Source: an uncultured Candidatus Rokubacteria bacterium (lineage in GTDB: Bacteria > Methylomirabilota > Methylomirabilia > Rokubacteriales > DASRDR01). Taken from it: 64,000 bases of DNA. The translations under genes and the position numbers were made by a program. The DNA lies in NCBI GenBank assembly GCA_963826115.1, contig CAWGVS010000011.1, positions 64,001 to 128,000 of the forward strand, read 5' to 3'. The notes beneath the pieces are model-generated. The model had not been told where the DNA came from. It saw nothing but the letters and a program-made list of their open reading frames with translations, and made no database searches. Below are positions 18,901-28,424 of the stretch, in pieces (the stretch's first letter is position 1; each line of letters begins with the position of its first letter).

Positions 18901-21712
18901 CCTGGCGGAACAGGGCCAGGGGAATCGGGACGCTCGTCGCGTTCGCTCCGAACGTCAGCGTGCCGGTCACGAGGTTCGGCAAGACGTGCGCGCCGGCCGG
19001 CACGGCCGAGCCGCTGATCGTCCAGGTGACCGTCGCCTCGCCCGATCCTCCGGACCGCTGGACGGGCACGTTGAACGAACCGTTGCTCTCGCTCGTGGAG
19101 TACGTCGCCTGGCTGAACTGGATGACCCCGGCGGCGTCGTTGTCGGTGATCGTCACCACCGCGGTGGGCTGCGCGCCGAGCAGGCCGCCGCCCGTGGGGG
19201 CGTGGAGGGACAGGAGGATCGTCTCCGGCCCCTCGACCTTCGCGTCGTTGGCGATAGGGATCGAGAAGGTCCGGGTCGACTGCCCCGGCGTGAAGGTCAG
19301 CGTGCCGTTGAGGGAGCCCGTGAAGTCGACGCCCGCCGTCGCGGTTCCCCCCTCGATCTTGTAGTCAACCGTCGCCGTGCCCCCAGTGCTCGTCAGGCGC
19401 TGCACGGTGATCGTCACGCTGCCGCTTCCTTCGCTGACCGAGTAGCTCGGCGCGCTGAACTGGAAGACCGAGCGAAGGTTGAACGTCGCCGTGACCGAGC
19501 GGTCGCCGTCCATCACGACCGAGCAGCCGCCCGTCCCGCCGCAGGCGCCGCCCCAGCCCGCCAGCCACGAGCCGGCGCCGGGCGCGGCGGTGAGGTTGAC
19601 GACATCCCCCGGGCCGAAGCTGAGGCTGCAGTTCGCCCCGCACGAGAGGCCCGGGCCGGTCACCGTCCCCGTGCCGTTCCCCGACTTCGTGACGGTGAGC
19701 CGTGCCTGCGTCCGGACGAACCGGTGGACGGTTCCGCCCGTGAGGTGGACGACGTAGAGCTCGCCTGCCGCGTCCTCCCCGAAGGTGGAGATCTTGAACC
19801 CGGATGCGAGGATCTGGGACCGGCTCCACGCGCCGTTGGACGCCTGCGCGGCGCCCCAGATCGTGCCGCGGCAGTAGTCGCCGAACACGTAGACGCCGTT
19901 GAGCGTCGGGATCCCGTCTCCACGGTAGCGGTAGCCACCCGTGACCGAGCAGCCCTCGTCGTGGTTGTAGTCCAGGATCGGCGGCGTGAAGCTCGGCGAC
20001 GAGCAGCCCGAGCTATAGCACTCGAACCCTTCCATCCGGGACCAGCCGAAGTTCGCGCCGCCGGCGCTGCCGGCGAGCAGGAAGTCGATCTCCTCGCGGT
20101 CTTCCTGGCCCACGTCCCCGATGAAGAGGTCGCCCGCGACCCGGTCGAAGCTGATGCGCCAGGGGTTGCGGAGACCCAGGGCCCAGACCTCCTTCTGGAG
20201 TCCGGAGCCGCCGGCGAAGGGGTTGCCGGACGGGATCGAGTAGTAGGGCGCCGAGCCGCCGCCGTCGGACACGTCCACGGCAAGGCGCAGGATCTTGCCG
20301 AGGTGCGCCGCCGTGTTCTGGCCGTTGCCGTGGGGATCGCCGCCGCTGCCGCCGTCTCCGACGGGCACGTACAGCCGCCCGTCCGGCCCGAAGGCGATGC
20401 CGCCGCCGTTGTGGTTGGAAAACTCGCTGTGCTCGATCGTAAGAAGGATGCGCTCGGTGCCAGGGTCCACGAGGTTCGAGCTTGCACTGGGCGCGCGATA
20501 CCGCGCGATGACGAGATCGCCGAGCGCGCCGCCCGTTCCCTTCCGCGTGTAGAAGACGAAGAAGTAGCGGTTGCTCGCGAAGTTCGGATGGAACGCGAGA
20601 CCCAGGAGGCCCCGCTCGGAGCAGCACTCGACGCGATCCCGGATGTCCAGGTACGTGCTGACGAACGCGAACGGCACGTCGTCCGTGACCTGATACGCGA
20701 GGATCCGGCCGTCCGCCTCCACCACGAAGAGCCGGTCGTCGCCAGCGTTGGCGATCGTGACCGGCCGGGTCAGGCCTCCGATGACCTGCTCGAGCGCGAC
20801 CCGCCTGGCGGTATCAAGCGGCGCGGCGTCGTTCGACCACTCCGGGCCGGCTGGCGAGCCGCCAAAGGCGCGCGTGCCCGGGCTCCCGCCCACGGCGTCG
20901 CCGATCGCGTCGCCCGCGCCCTCGTCCAGGTGGTAGAGAGCGGCGGTGTTTCCGTCCTGAGTGAAGGCGGTGAACGGCCGGGTGAACCTCGGTCCCGTGT
21001 AGCGCCGGATGGTGGACAGCCGCACCTCGTCGATCCAGCCGTGGTACGAGGGGAAGCTCGGCCCGGCGTCGTGCTTCTCGGCGCCGATGACGAGGAACGG
21101 GTCGGAGCCGGGGTGGGCAGTTGCCCGTCCGTCCTGGTAGGACACGTCCTTGTCCGACCCGACGCCGCCGTCACCCTCGGCGTCGAGGACGCCGTCGACG
21201 TAGATGCGGAGCTGTCCGTTGGACCTCTGTCGCGTCACGGCAACGTGGTGCCACTCGCCATCCGCGACCACGATGTCCCCGCAGATCGTGTTCCCGGCGG
21301 CGCCCGCGCTCACGCCGAACGCGACCCGGCCGCCGGTGAGCGACACGCCATAGTCGCCGTGCTCGCCGTCGTCGAAGACGTCCCGGTCGAAGACGATGTT
21401 TCCGTGGATCCAGCCGTCGTTCGTGTTGCAGGCGACGGCGTTCGAGGCGTTCTCGCCGGGGAGCGCCCGCATCCACCACTCGAGGGTGAAGTCGCCGGAG
21501 CCGATGTCGGCCGGGGTGGCCGGGCCGTCGATCCGGATCTTGACGCGGTCGATCCCTCCGGTGCCGTTGCCGTGGAAGCGGAGCGAGGTGGCCGGGGCGA
21601 GCCGCGGGAAGGCCAGCAGGAGGATCCCGACGGCGAGAATGAGGAGAACCGCTCTCACCGGCAGTGGCCGTCCCGCCCCGGAACCCACTGCCGACAATGT
21701 CGTTCTTGTCAC
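15953..21712 (-). CDS. Giant secreted protein: LamG + PQQ-dependent glucose/sorbosone dehydrogenase + InlB-B-like repeat + 10 Calx-beta domains (start 21712 or 21658)
   Basis: Signal peptide; WHHVAV/IDEVRLS (LamG); ERGLLGLAFHP, HNGG, GLRNPWR (GSDH); ten QFSxxxYxVxE...A.LTI.D.D repeats. Confidence 0.85.
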   Translation of the reverse strand: MTRTTLSAVGSGAGRPLPVRAVLLILAVGILLLAFPRLAPATSLRFHGNGTGGIDRVKIRIDGPATPADIGSGDFTLEWWMRALPGENASNAVACNTNDGWIHGNIVFDRDVFDDGEHGDYGVSLTGGRVAFGVSAGAAGNTICGDIVVADGEWHHVAVTRQRSNGQLRIYVDGVLDAEGDGGVGSDKDVSYQDGRATAHPGSDPFLVIGAEKHDAGPSFPSYHGWIDEVRLSTIRRYTGPRFTRPFTAFTQDGNTAALYHLDEGAGDAIGDAVGGSPGTRAFGGSPAGPEWSNDAAPLDTARRVALEQVIGGLTRPVTIANAGDDRLFVVEADGRILAYQVTDDVPFAFVSTYLDIRDRVECCSERGLLGLAFHPNFASNRYFFVFYTRKGTGGALGDLVIARYRAPSASSNLVDPGTERILLTIEHSEFSNHNGGGIAFGPDGRLYVPVGDGGSGGDPHGNGQNTAAHLGKILRLAVDVSDGGGSAPYYSIPSGNPFAGGSGLQKEVWALGLRNPWRISFDRVAGDLFIGDVGQEDREEIDFLLAGSAGGANFGWSRMEGFECYSSGCSSPSFTPPILDYNHDEGCSVTGGYRYRGDGIPTLNGVYVFGDYCRGTIWGAAQASNGAWSRSQILASGFKISTFGEDAAGELYVVHLTGGTVHRFVRTQARLTVTKSGNGTGTVTGPGLSCGANCSLSFGPGDVVNLTAAPGAGSWLAGWGGACGGTGGCSVVMDGDRSVTATFNLRSVFQFSAPSYSVSEGSGSVTITVQRLTSTGGTATVDYKIEGGTATAGVDFTGSLNGTLTFTPGQSTRTFSIPIANDAKVEGPETILLSLHAPTGGGLLGAQPTAVVTITDNDAAGVIQFSQATYSTSESNGSFNVPVQRSGGSGEATVTWTISGSAVPAGAHVLPNLVTGTLTFGANATSVPIPLALFRQGDTLADGSRTVQLTLSNPQPAGAATLGAKSTATLTITDNDSGGTLQFSPTALTVSEAADPVALTVTRNQKAAGVKVDWAIVAQGTTAVHGTDYDGPTSGQLQFAADVLSQTIPIHLLNPPGAQGSRTLRVQLSNVQGGATLGSQKIATLTITDDEVGLQFSQASYTASEGSSSITIPVVRTGPGGAVSVGFTAGSPGSGVAATASASATTCTTGADYLPVAGTLNFGAGDMTKTFTVQLCKDGVVDPAPKVVGLVLSSPQPAGAHLGPRSAVDLTINNVDAGGVLKWSSSTYSVNESAGKVLLTASRSGGSAGNVTVDYVIAGGSATAGTDFTGPNGGPLTGTLTFAAGVMSQALEIPIVKQDGIEPNEKFTVTLQNQHGGATVGSPGVATVTIVDSDRTGTVQFGQATATAQEFAQSVSLNVTRTGSTSGAAQVNYQITGATALVVPADLAGTVHFDPGQGTKSLVIHLQQESSLNGNSALTVTLKAPLTGGLALGTPNPATVTLIDDEGTVQFGAATFTASEGNGSATITLTRTGGTAKAATVTFATGGVGDSATPAATPGSCSLGADYRPISNGSLTFNPGQTSRTFSVQLCGDVVVETPNPETLTLRLLSVTPPATLGAQSTAVLQIQENDGGGTLRFSSSAYSLTEGTGTATLTVLRTGGSAGGVSVPWHLGGSAVAGTDYVTPPSVPIPFGSGQTSASLQIQILNDSLVDGTKTLVVTLDLPSGGATLGTPSAATLSINDNEPSVRFSSATYNVNESGTGVGVTVVRGGSTGTTVTLNVKTTGTGNAEGGAGPCGPGIDFTTATLPVTFNPGDTSKTVTIPLCPDTVVDGLETVGLVLDNVAGATLGTPNIATIQIAENDVGGTVQFAAAAKSVMEPGVETDVEVLVSRTGGSASGVTAHWQIAGGTAVPGVDYTGATSGTVTFGLNDMSEAFKIKVKPRAGLQGPRSIQLLLDTAGSGGSLGAQTIATLWILDAD

Positions 21713-21948
21713 CGGCCCCCGCCGGACCTTCCCGTTTTGACAGGGGTCACGACGCGGGGCGTCAGCCCGCGCGTTCGAGCGTTGGAGGGCCTCATCGAGA
21801 AAACGGTCAATGCCGACGGATGGTTCTGGCCATCCGTCCAGACGGGTTGCCTCGGTCCTGGGCAGACCGATTCCCATGGCGGGGGAAGGTAGTGCAGCCG
21901 GCATGCCAGACGGCAGGCCGGCTGCTGGGGCCGCGACGCTTCCGCGGG

Positions 21949-22875
21949 TCAGGCCTCGACCACGGGGTTGTCCAGTACGCCCAGGCCGGTGATCTCCATC
22001 CGGACCCGGTCGCCGCCCTTCAGGAGCACCGGGGGCTTCCGGGTGAACCCGACGCCTGCGGGCGTGCCGGTGATGACCAGGTCGCCGGGCAGGAGCGTCA
22101 TCTTCGCGGTCAGGAACGCTACCAGGTAGTTGATGTTGTAGATGAGGTTCTTCGAGTTGCCGTCCTGGAGCTTGGTCCCGTTCACCCAGGTGCGGAGCTC
22201 GAGCGCGTGGGGGTCGGGAACCTCAGACCGGTCGGCGATCCACTGGCCCATCGGCGCGAAGGTGTCGCACGCCTTGCCGGCCATCCACTGGGAGGTCACC
22301 ATCTGGAAGTCCCGCGCGCTGACGTCGTTGACGACCACGTAGCCCCAGATGTAGTCGAGGGCGCGCTCGGCGGGAACGTCCCGCGCCTCCTTGCCCATGA
22401 CGAAGCCGAGCTCGACCTCGTAGTCGAGCTTCTCGCAGCCCTTCGGGCGGACAATCGGCGCGCCCGCGTCCACGATGGCGTTGGAGAACTTCGCGAAGAC
22501 CGGGGGCTCCTTCGGGATCGGGCTCTTCGTCTCCTCGGCGTGGTCGATGTAGTTGAGCCCGATGCAGATGAACTTGTCGGGGTCGTGGAGCGGCGCGTGG
22601 AGGTGGACCTCCGATGCCGGATGGGTGACCCACTCGAGGCGTCCGGCGCGCACCGCCTCCTCCATCGCCCGGAGGGCGTCCTCGGCTGCCACGCCAGCCT
22701 GCATGAACCCCCGGGCGCTCGGCGGGAAGAGCGCGTGGGCGAGCTCGCCCGCCCGCACCACGCCCCGGCCGGTCAGGTAGCGATGATAGGTCTCGCCCAG
22801 GCAGCGGACCCGGTCGCCCACCAGGGCGCCGAGGCGAGGGGAGGAGCCGCGCATCGAGTAGCGAACCAGCTTCAT
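21949..22875 (-). CDS. Fumarylacetoacetate hydrolase family protein
   Basis: CIGLNY, DYEVEL, NDVSARD, TGTPAGV. Confidence 0.92.
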   Translation of the reverse strand: MKLVRYSMRGSSPRLGALVGDRVRCLGETYHRYLTGRGVVRAGELAHALFPPSARGFMQAGVAAEDALRAMEEAVRAGRLEWVTHPASEVHLHAPLHDPDKFICIGLNYIDHAEETKSPIPKEPPVFAKFSNAIVDAGAPIVRPKGCEKLDYEVELGFVMGKEARDVPAERALDYIWGYVVVNDVSARDFQMVTSQWMAGKACDTFAPMGQWIADRSEVPDPHALELRTWVNGTKLQDGNSKNLIYNINYLVAFLTAKMTLLPGDLVITGTPAGVGFTRKPPVLLKGGDRVRMEITGLGVLDNPVVEA

Positions 22876-22974
22876 CGGACTCTCCTGGTCTGGAGTGACG
22901 GATCCGGCGCTCGGCCCCCGACGGGCCAAAGATTTCATGATTATATGCCGACCCGGCGGCCGCGGGTCGTCGCG

Positions 22975-23003
22975 TTGACGCTCCTCGGACCCTGTGATAG
23001 AGA
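22975..23003 (+). promoter_or_regulatory. Possible sigma70 promoter giving a leaderless transcript
   Basis: TTGACG-N17-TAGAGA with TG extension, 6 nt before ATG 23010. Confidence 0.45.
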
Positions 23004-23009
23004 GGGCGC

Positions 23010-24029
23010 ATGGTCGTCACGATCGTCGGCGCCGGCGCCATCGGGGGCGTCACCGGGGCGTCGCTGGCGCGTGCAGGACACGACGTGCTGCTGGTCGACC
23101 AGGCCGCCGACCACGTCGCGGCGATCAACGCGAGCGGCCTCGTGGTCGAGACCTCCGGCGGCGAGTGGCGCGTCCCGGTCCGGGCCGTGGTGCCCGGCGC
23201 CATGCCGGCCGACCTCGACCTCGTGCTCCTCGCCGTGAAGGCGCAGCACACGGGGGTCGCCCTCGACCTCATCGTGCCCCGGCTCCGGCCGCGCGGCACC
23301 GTCGTGTCGCTCCAGAACGGCCTGAACGAGGCGGCGATCGCGACGCGGATCGGCCCGGCCCGGACGGTCGGCTGCCTCGTGAACTGGGCGGCCGACTGGG
23401 TGGCGCCCGGCCGGATCCTGCACGGGGGGTCGGGCACGTGCGCCGTCGGCGAGCTCAGCGGTGAGCTCTCGCCGCGGATCAAGGAGCTCGCGGACCTCCT
23501 CGGCGCGGTCTCGCCGACCCAGGTGACGTCGAACATCTGGGGCTACAAGTGGTCGAAGCACGTCTACGCCGCGCTGCTGGTGGCGACGGCCCTCGTGGAC
23601 GCGCACGTCTACGAGGTCGTCGAGCGGTCCCCGGAGGTCCAGCGGATGCTGATCGCGCTGGTGTCCGAGGGCATGGCCGTCGCCGAGGCCGAGGGCGTGC
23701 ATCTCGAGGCGTTCGACGAGTTCGACCCGGTGTGGTATCGCCAGGGACGCAAGAGCGACGCCGCGGCCGTCGCGCGCGCGATGACGGCGATCGCCGCGTT
23801 CTACCGGGGCCACACGAAGACGAAGACCGGCATCTGGCGGGACCTGGTCGTCCGGAAGCGCAAGACGGAGGTCGAGGCCCACCTCGGCGCGACGCTCGAG
23901 CGCGCCGGCCGCCACGGCATCCGGATGCCGCTCACGCGCCGCCTCCTCGAGATGATCGGAGAGATCGAGAGCGGGCAGCGGCCCATGGGCTGGCAGAACC
24001 TCGACGAGCTCGTCGGGGTCCGTCAGTGA
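23010..24029 (+). CDS. Ketopantoate reductase (PanE/ApbA) family protein
   Basis: VGAGAIG, LAVKA, LQNG, KWSK, RKTEVE. Confidence 0.85.
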   Translation: MVVTIVGAGAIGGVTGASLARAGHDVLLVDQAADHVAAINASGLVVETSGGEWRVPVRAVVPGAMPADLDLVLLAVKAQHTGVALDLIVPRLRPRGTVVSLQNGLNEAAIATRIGPARTVGCLVNWAADWVAPGRILHGGSGTCAVGELSGELSPRIKELADLLGAVSPTQVTSNIWGYKWSKHVYAALLVATALVDAHVYEVVERSPEVQRMLIALVSEGMAVAEAEGVHLEAFDEFDPVWYRQGRKSDAAAVARAMTAIAAFYRGHTKTKTGIWRDLVVRKRKTEVEAHLGATLERAGRHGIRMPLTRRLLEMIGEIESGQRPMGWQNLDELVGVRQ

Positions 24030-24060
24030 CCTCGACTCACACCCCGCGCGGGAGGACCGC

Positions 24061-25809
24061 TTGCACCGGAGCGACGGCTTGACGCCCCACTGGCACCACC
24101 CGCACCCGCGCGAGGCGGACCTCCTGCCGGCCGTGTCGGCGGAGACGCTGATGGGCCACACGCGCGCGATCGCCGCGTGGGAGCGCGAGTCGGGCACGCT
24201 CGGCGAGGCCCAGGCCTACGACCACATCGAGCGCGCGCTCAAGAGCTACGGCTACGCCGTCGAGCGCCGGGAGATCGAGGCCTACATCAGCCTTCCCCTC
24301 GAGGGCCGCGTGATCCTGCCGGACGGCGGGGTGATCGAGGGGCTCACGCACGCGTTCTCGCCCTCCATCGACGGGCTCGACGCGGAGGTGGTCGACGTCG
24401 GCGACGGGAACCCGGGCGACCTCGCGCGCGCCGCGGGCAAGATCGCGCTGCTCGACAGCCTGGCCACCCCCGGGAAGGCGTGGGCCGCGCAGGAGGCGGG
24501 GACGGTCGGCCAGATCTACGTCAACCGGGACCACCTGCACAACATGATCGTCACCACGATCTGGGGGACGCCGGAGCCCGACACCGCCTGGCGCATCCCG
24601 CGCACGCCCTGCCTCTCGGTCCGCCGCGTGGACGGCGACCGCATTCGCGCGCTGATCCGCGAGGGGCGGGGGCGCGTGCGGCTCGTGACGCGCGTGCGAA
24701 CCGGCTGGACGCCGATCCCGCACCTGACCGCGCACCTCGACGGGACCGCCGAGGACCGCTTCGTCCTGTTCTCGGGGCACGTGGACGGCTGGCACTTCGG
24801 CGCCATGGACAACGGGACGGCGAACGCGACCATGCTGGAGGTGGCGCGGCTGCTGGCGACGAGGCGCGACGCGCTCCGCCGAGGATTCCGCCTGGCGTTC
24901 TGGTCGGGCCACTCGCACGGCCGCTACGCGGGCTCCGCGTGGTACGCGGACCACACCTGGGCGGAGCTCCACCGGCGGTGCGCCGTGCACCTGAACATCG
25001 ACTCCACGGGCGCCCGCGGAGCCACCGACTACTCGGTCGTCCACGCCACCGAGGACGCCCAGAGCTTCGTCGAGAGCGTGGTGCAGGACGTCACGGGCCA
25101 GACCCCGCGGGCCCGGCACTTCCCCCGCGCCGGCGACCAGTCCTTCTGGGGGATCGGCATCCCGTCGGCCCTCATGTCGCTCTCCGGCATCCCGAAGCAG
25201 GACACCGATCTCTCCCGGTGGATGGAGCGCCTCTTCGGCACGGCGGGTTTCCCGTGGTGGTGGCATACGCGGGAGGACACGATCGACAAGATCGATGCCG
25301 ACGTCCTCGCACTCGACACCCGCGTCTATGTGGCGGCGGCGCTCAGGCTGGTGGGCAGCCCGCTGCTCCCGCTGGACTACGGCCGCTTCGCGCGCGCGAT
25401 CCTCGCCACCGCCGAGGAGCTCACCGCCGGCGGGGGATGGGACGCCGGCGCCGCGCTCGACGCGGCGCGGCGGCTCGTCGACCGGGCGTCGGCCTTCCAG
25501 GTGGCGGCGGATGCTCTCGCCGCCGGGAGCGGCCCGGACACCGGGCGCGTGGAGGCGGCCAACCGGGCCATGGTCGGTCTCTCGCGCGCCCTCGTCCCGC
25601 TCTTCTACACGACCGGCGACCGGTTCCACCACGACCTCGCGATCCCGGTGCCCCCGCTCGCGGGCCTCCAGCGGGCGCGGGAGCTGCCGGGTCTCGACCC
25701 CGCGTCCGACCGGTTCCGGTTCTCCGTCGCCGCGCTCGTCCGGGAGCGCAACCGCGTCGTGCATGCCCTGGAGCAGGCCGTCGGGGCGATCGACACCTTC
25801 GATCCGTAG
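24061..25809 (+). CDS. M28 family peptidase with PA domain (alternative TTG start 24079)
   Basis: SGHVDGW, GAMDNGT, WSGHSHGRYAGS, WWHTREDT. Confidence 0.85.
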   Translation: MHRSDGLTPHWHHPHPREADLLPAVSAETLMGHTRAIAAWERESGTLGEAQAYDHIERALKSYGYAVERREIEAYISLPLEGRVILPDGGVIEGLTHAFSPSIDGLDAEVVDVGDGNPGDLARAAGKIALLDSLATPGKAWAAQEAGTVGQIYVNRDHLHNMIVTTIWGTPEPDTAWRIPRTPCLSVRRVDGDRIRALIREGRGRVRLVTRVRTGWTPIPHLTAHLDGTAEDRFVLFSGHVDGWHFGAMDNGTANATMLEVARLLATRRDALRRGFRLAFWSGHSHGRYAGSAWYADHTWAELHRRCAVHLNIDSTGARGATDYSVVHATEDAQSFVESVVQDVTGQTPRARHFPRAGDQSFWGIGIPSALMSLSGIPKQDTDLSRWMERLFGTAGFPWWWHTREDTIDKIDADVLALDTRVYVAAALRLVGSPLLPLDYGRFARAILATAEELTAGGGWDAGAALDAARRLVDRASAFQVAADALAAGSGPDTGRVEAANRAMVGLSRALVPLFYTTGDRFHHDLAIPVPPLAGLQRARELPGLDPASDRFRFSVAALVRERNRVVHALEQAVGAIDTFDP

Positions 25810-25834
25810 CCAGAGAAGAAAGGGAGACAGGCTG

Positions 25835-27436
25835 ATGCCGAGATGGAGCAGCGTGCCGTTCCCGATTCGCGCGGTCCTCGTCTTCGCCCTCGCGGTCGGG
25901 GTGGTCGCCCTCGCGCTGCCCGCCGACGCGCAGAAGCGCGGCGGGACCCTCACGATCGTCCGGCCGACCGACCCGGTGTCCCTCGACCCTCACACCGAGA
26001 CCACGGCGCCGGGGGCGTGGGTCTACTACAACATCCTCGAGCCTCTCATCTATCTCGACGAGAAGATGACGATCCAGCCCCGGCTGGCGACGAGCTACGA
26101 GGTGATGAACCCGACCAAGGTCCGCTTCAAGCTGCGGCCGAACGTGAAGTTCCACGACGGCACGCCCTTCAACGCGGCGGCCGTGAAGTTCACGTTCGAT
26201 CGGGCGTTCAAGAGCGATCCGCCCGCCCGGTGGGCCAGCCTGGCGGGGCCGGTCGCCGGCGCCGAGGTCGTGGACGACCTCACCGTCGACATCGTCACCA
26301 AGGAGCCGTACGGGCCGATCCTCCGCTCCATGGCGATGCTCTACGTGTCCATCGTGTCGCCCACCGCCGTGCAGAAGCAGGGTGAGGGCTTCCTGCGGGC
26401 GCCGGTCGGCACCGGGCCATTCAAGTTCGTGGAGTGGAAGACCAACACCCAGATCGTGATCGAGCGGAACCCCGACTACTGGGGCGAGAAGGCCCTCCTC
26501 GACCGCGTGGTGTTCAAGACGGTGCCCGAGGAAGGCGCGCGGATGATCGGGCTCCAGACGGGGGACGCGGACATGGTCATGTTCCCGTCGCCGGCGCAGC
26601 TCCCGACGTTCCGGAAGGACGCGAAGTACACCGTCCACGAGGCTCCGGGCCTCCGGGTCGTCTACATCGGCTTCAACGCGAAGCTGGCGCCGCTCGACGA
26701 CGTGCGGGTGCGCCAGGCGCTCCTCCAGGCGGTCGACCGCAAGGCCATCATCGACAACATCGTCGAGGGCCTGGGCGTGCCGGCGAAGTCCGTCATCTCG
26801 CCCGGCGTCTTCGGCTACAAGGACATGCAGTTCGACCAGCTCTTCCCCTTCGATCGCGCCAAGGCCAAGGCGCTCCTCGCCCAGGCCGGCTGGGCCCCGG
26901 GCCCGGACGGCATCCTCCAGAAGGGCGGGCAGAAGCTCACCCTGAACTGGATCGCCCAGCGTGGCCGCTACCCGAAGGACGGCGAGATCACCGAGGCCGT
27001 GCAGCAGATGTGGAAGGAGATCGGGGTCGACGCGAAGGTCGAGTTCCGGGAGTGGGCGACCGTCTTCAACGAGTCCCGCAAGCTCGACTGGGGACGGCAC
27101 AACTGGACCTTCGGCTGGGCGACGACCAACGCCGACGCCGACTACTCGCTGTTCGCCCAGTACCATTCGACCCAGCTGACGCCGACCGGCTGGAACCGCA
27201 CCGGGTACGCGAACCCCAAGGTCGACCAGCTGCTCGAGACCGGACGGCGAAGCCTGAACCAGGGCGAGCGGGAGAAGGTCTACGCGGAGGTCCAGGACAT
27301 CCTGGCCAAGGACACGCTCTGGGTTCCCGTGTACAACACGAAGGAGATCATCATCACCCGCGCGAGCGTGAAGGGCTTCGTCATCCACCCGGTCGAGTAC
27401 AACCTCGGCCTCTGGAAGACCTGGGTCGACAAGTAG
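25835..27436 (+). CDS. ABC transporter substrate-binding protein, family 5 (Dpp/Opp/GsiB-like)
   Basis: Signal peptide, LRPNVKFHDGTPFNA, PVGTGPF. Confidence 0.93.
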   Translation: MPRWSSVPFPIRAVLVFALAVGVVALALPADAQKRGGTLTIVRPTDPVSLDPHTETTAPGAWVYYNILEPLIYLDEKMTIQPRLATSYEVMNPTKVRFKLRPNVKFHDGTPFNAAAVKFTFDRAFKSDPPARWASLAGPVAGAEVVDDLTVDIVTKEPYGPILRSMAMLYVSIVSPTAVQKQGEGFLRAPVGTGPFKFVEWKTNTQIVIERNPDYWGEKALLDRVVFKTVPEEGARMIGLQTGDADMVMFPSPAQLPTFRKDAKYTVHEAPGLRVVYIGFNAKLAPLDDVRVRQALLQAVDRKAIIDNIVEGLGVPAKSVISPGVFGYKDMQFDQLFPFDRAKAKALLAQAGWAPGPDGILQKGGQKLTLNWIAQRGRYPKDGEITEAVQQMWKEIGVDAKVEFREWATVFNESRKLDWGRHNWTFGWATTNADADYSLFAQYHSTQLTPTGWNRTGYANPKVDQLLETGRRSLNQGEREKVYAEVQDILAKDTLWVPVYNTKEIIITRASVKGFVIHPVEYNLGLWKTWVDK

Positions 27437-27446
27437 CAACCCCTCA

Positions 27447-27485
27447 GCCGGAGCGGGCGCGGGTGGGACCCGCGTCCGCTCCGGC
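27447..27485 (+). other. Strong intergenic stem-loop after the SBP gene
   Basis: 18-bp stem GCCGGAGCGGGCGCGGGT/ACCCGCGTCCGCTCCGGC with one G-U pair; no U-tract. Confidence 0.7.
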
Positions 27486-27497
27486 CCGGCCTGAGCG

Positions 27498-28421
27498 ATG
27501 CTGACCTTCCTCGTCCGTCGCCTCCTGCTGACCGTTCCCGTCCTCCTCGGCGTCCTGTTCGTCGTCATGCTGACGATGGACCTCATCCCCGGCGACCCCG
27601 TCGCCCTCATGCTGGGCGACGCGGCATCCAAGGAGAACGTGGCGCGCTTCCGCGAGCACCTCGGCCTCGACCGGCCGCTGGTCGTGCGCTACGTGCGGTA
27701 CATCGGGCAGGTCGTGACCGGCGACCTGGGCCGGTCCATCCAGCAGAACCGGCCGGTCGTGGACGAGCTGGGCGACGCGTGGCCCGCGACGCTCCAGCTC
27801 ACGATCGTGGCGCTCCTGCTGGCGGCGGTGGTGGGCGTCGCGACCGGGATCGTCTCGGCGGTGTGGCCCAACTCCGTGTTCGACGCGCTGTCCCGGCTCT
27901 CCTCGCTCTTCGGGCTCTCGATGCCGGTCTTCTGGACGGGGCTGGTCCTCATCGTCGTCTTCGCGTTCTGGCTGCCTCTCCTGCCGGTGGGCGGCGTGGG
28001 TTCCGCGGCCCACCTCGTCCTGCCGGCGGTGACGCTGGCACTTCCGTCCATCGCGATGATCGCCCGCATGACGCGGTCGAGCGTGCTCGAGGTGCTGCGG
28101 GAGGACTACGTGCGGACCGCCCGCGCCAAGGGGGTGGGGGAGCGGCTGGTGGTGGCCAAGCACGCCCTCCGGAACGCGGCCATCCCGATCCTGACTCTGG
28201 TGGGTTTGCAGGCGGGCCAGCTGATGGGCGGCGCCGTCCTCACCGAGACGGTCTTCGCCTGGCCCGGCCTCGGCCGGCTCATGGTCAAGGCGATCTTCGC
28301 GCGGGACTACGTGCTTCTCCAGGGCGCGGTGCTGATCTTCGCGCTGGCCTTCGTCGTGATCAACCTCATCGTGGATCTCTCGTACGGTGCGCTCGATCCG
28401 CGTGTGTCGCGGCAGGGGTGA
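27498..28421 (+). CDS. ABC transporter permease (DppB-like)
   Basis: PGDP, GLDRP, DYVRTARAKG, ETVFAWPGLG. Confidence 0.93.
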   Translation: MLTFLVRRLLLTVPVLLGVLFVVMLTMDLIPGDPVALMLGDAASKENVARFREHLGLDRPLVVRYVRYIGQVVTGDLGRSIQQNRPVVDELGDAWPATLQLTIVALLLAAVVGVATGIVSAVWPNSVFDALSRLSSLFGLSMPVFWTGLVLIVVFAFWLPLLPVGGVGSAAHLVLPAVTLALPSIAMIARMTRSSVLEVLREDYVRTARAKGVGERLVVAKHALRNAAIPILTLVGLQAGQLMGGAVLTETVFAWPGLGRLMVKAIFARDYVLLQGAVLIFALAFVVINLIVDLSYGALDPRVSRQG

Positions 28422-28424
28422 GAC

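Noticed and set aside
16877-21892. Very long opposite-strand or alternate-frame ORFs (also 186-2867, 11395-14700, 53201-57073)
   Set aside because: Shadow ORFs expected at high GC; Arg/Gly/Pro-rich, no motifs, overlapping well-supported genes
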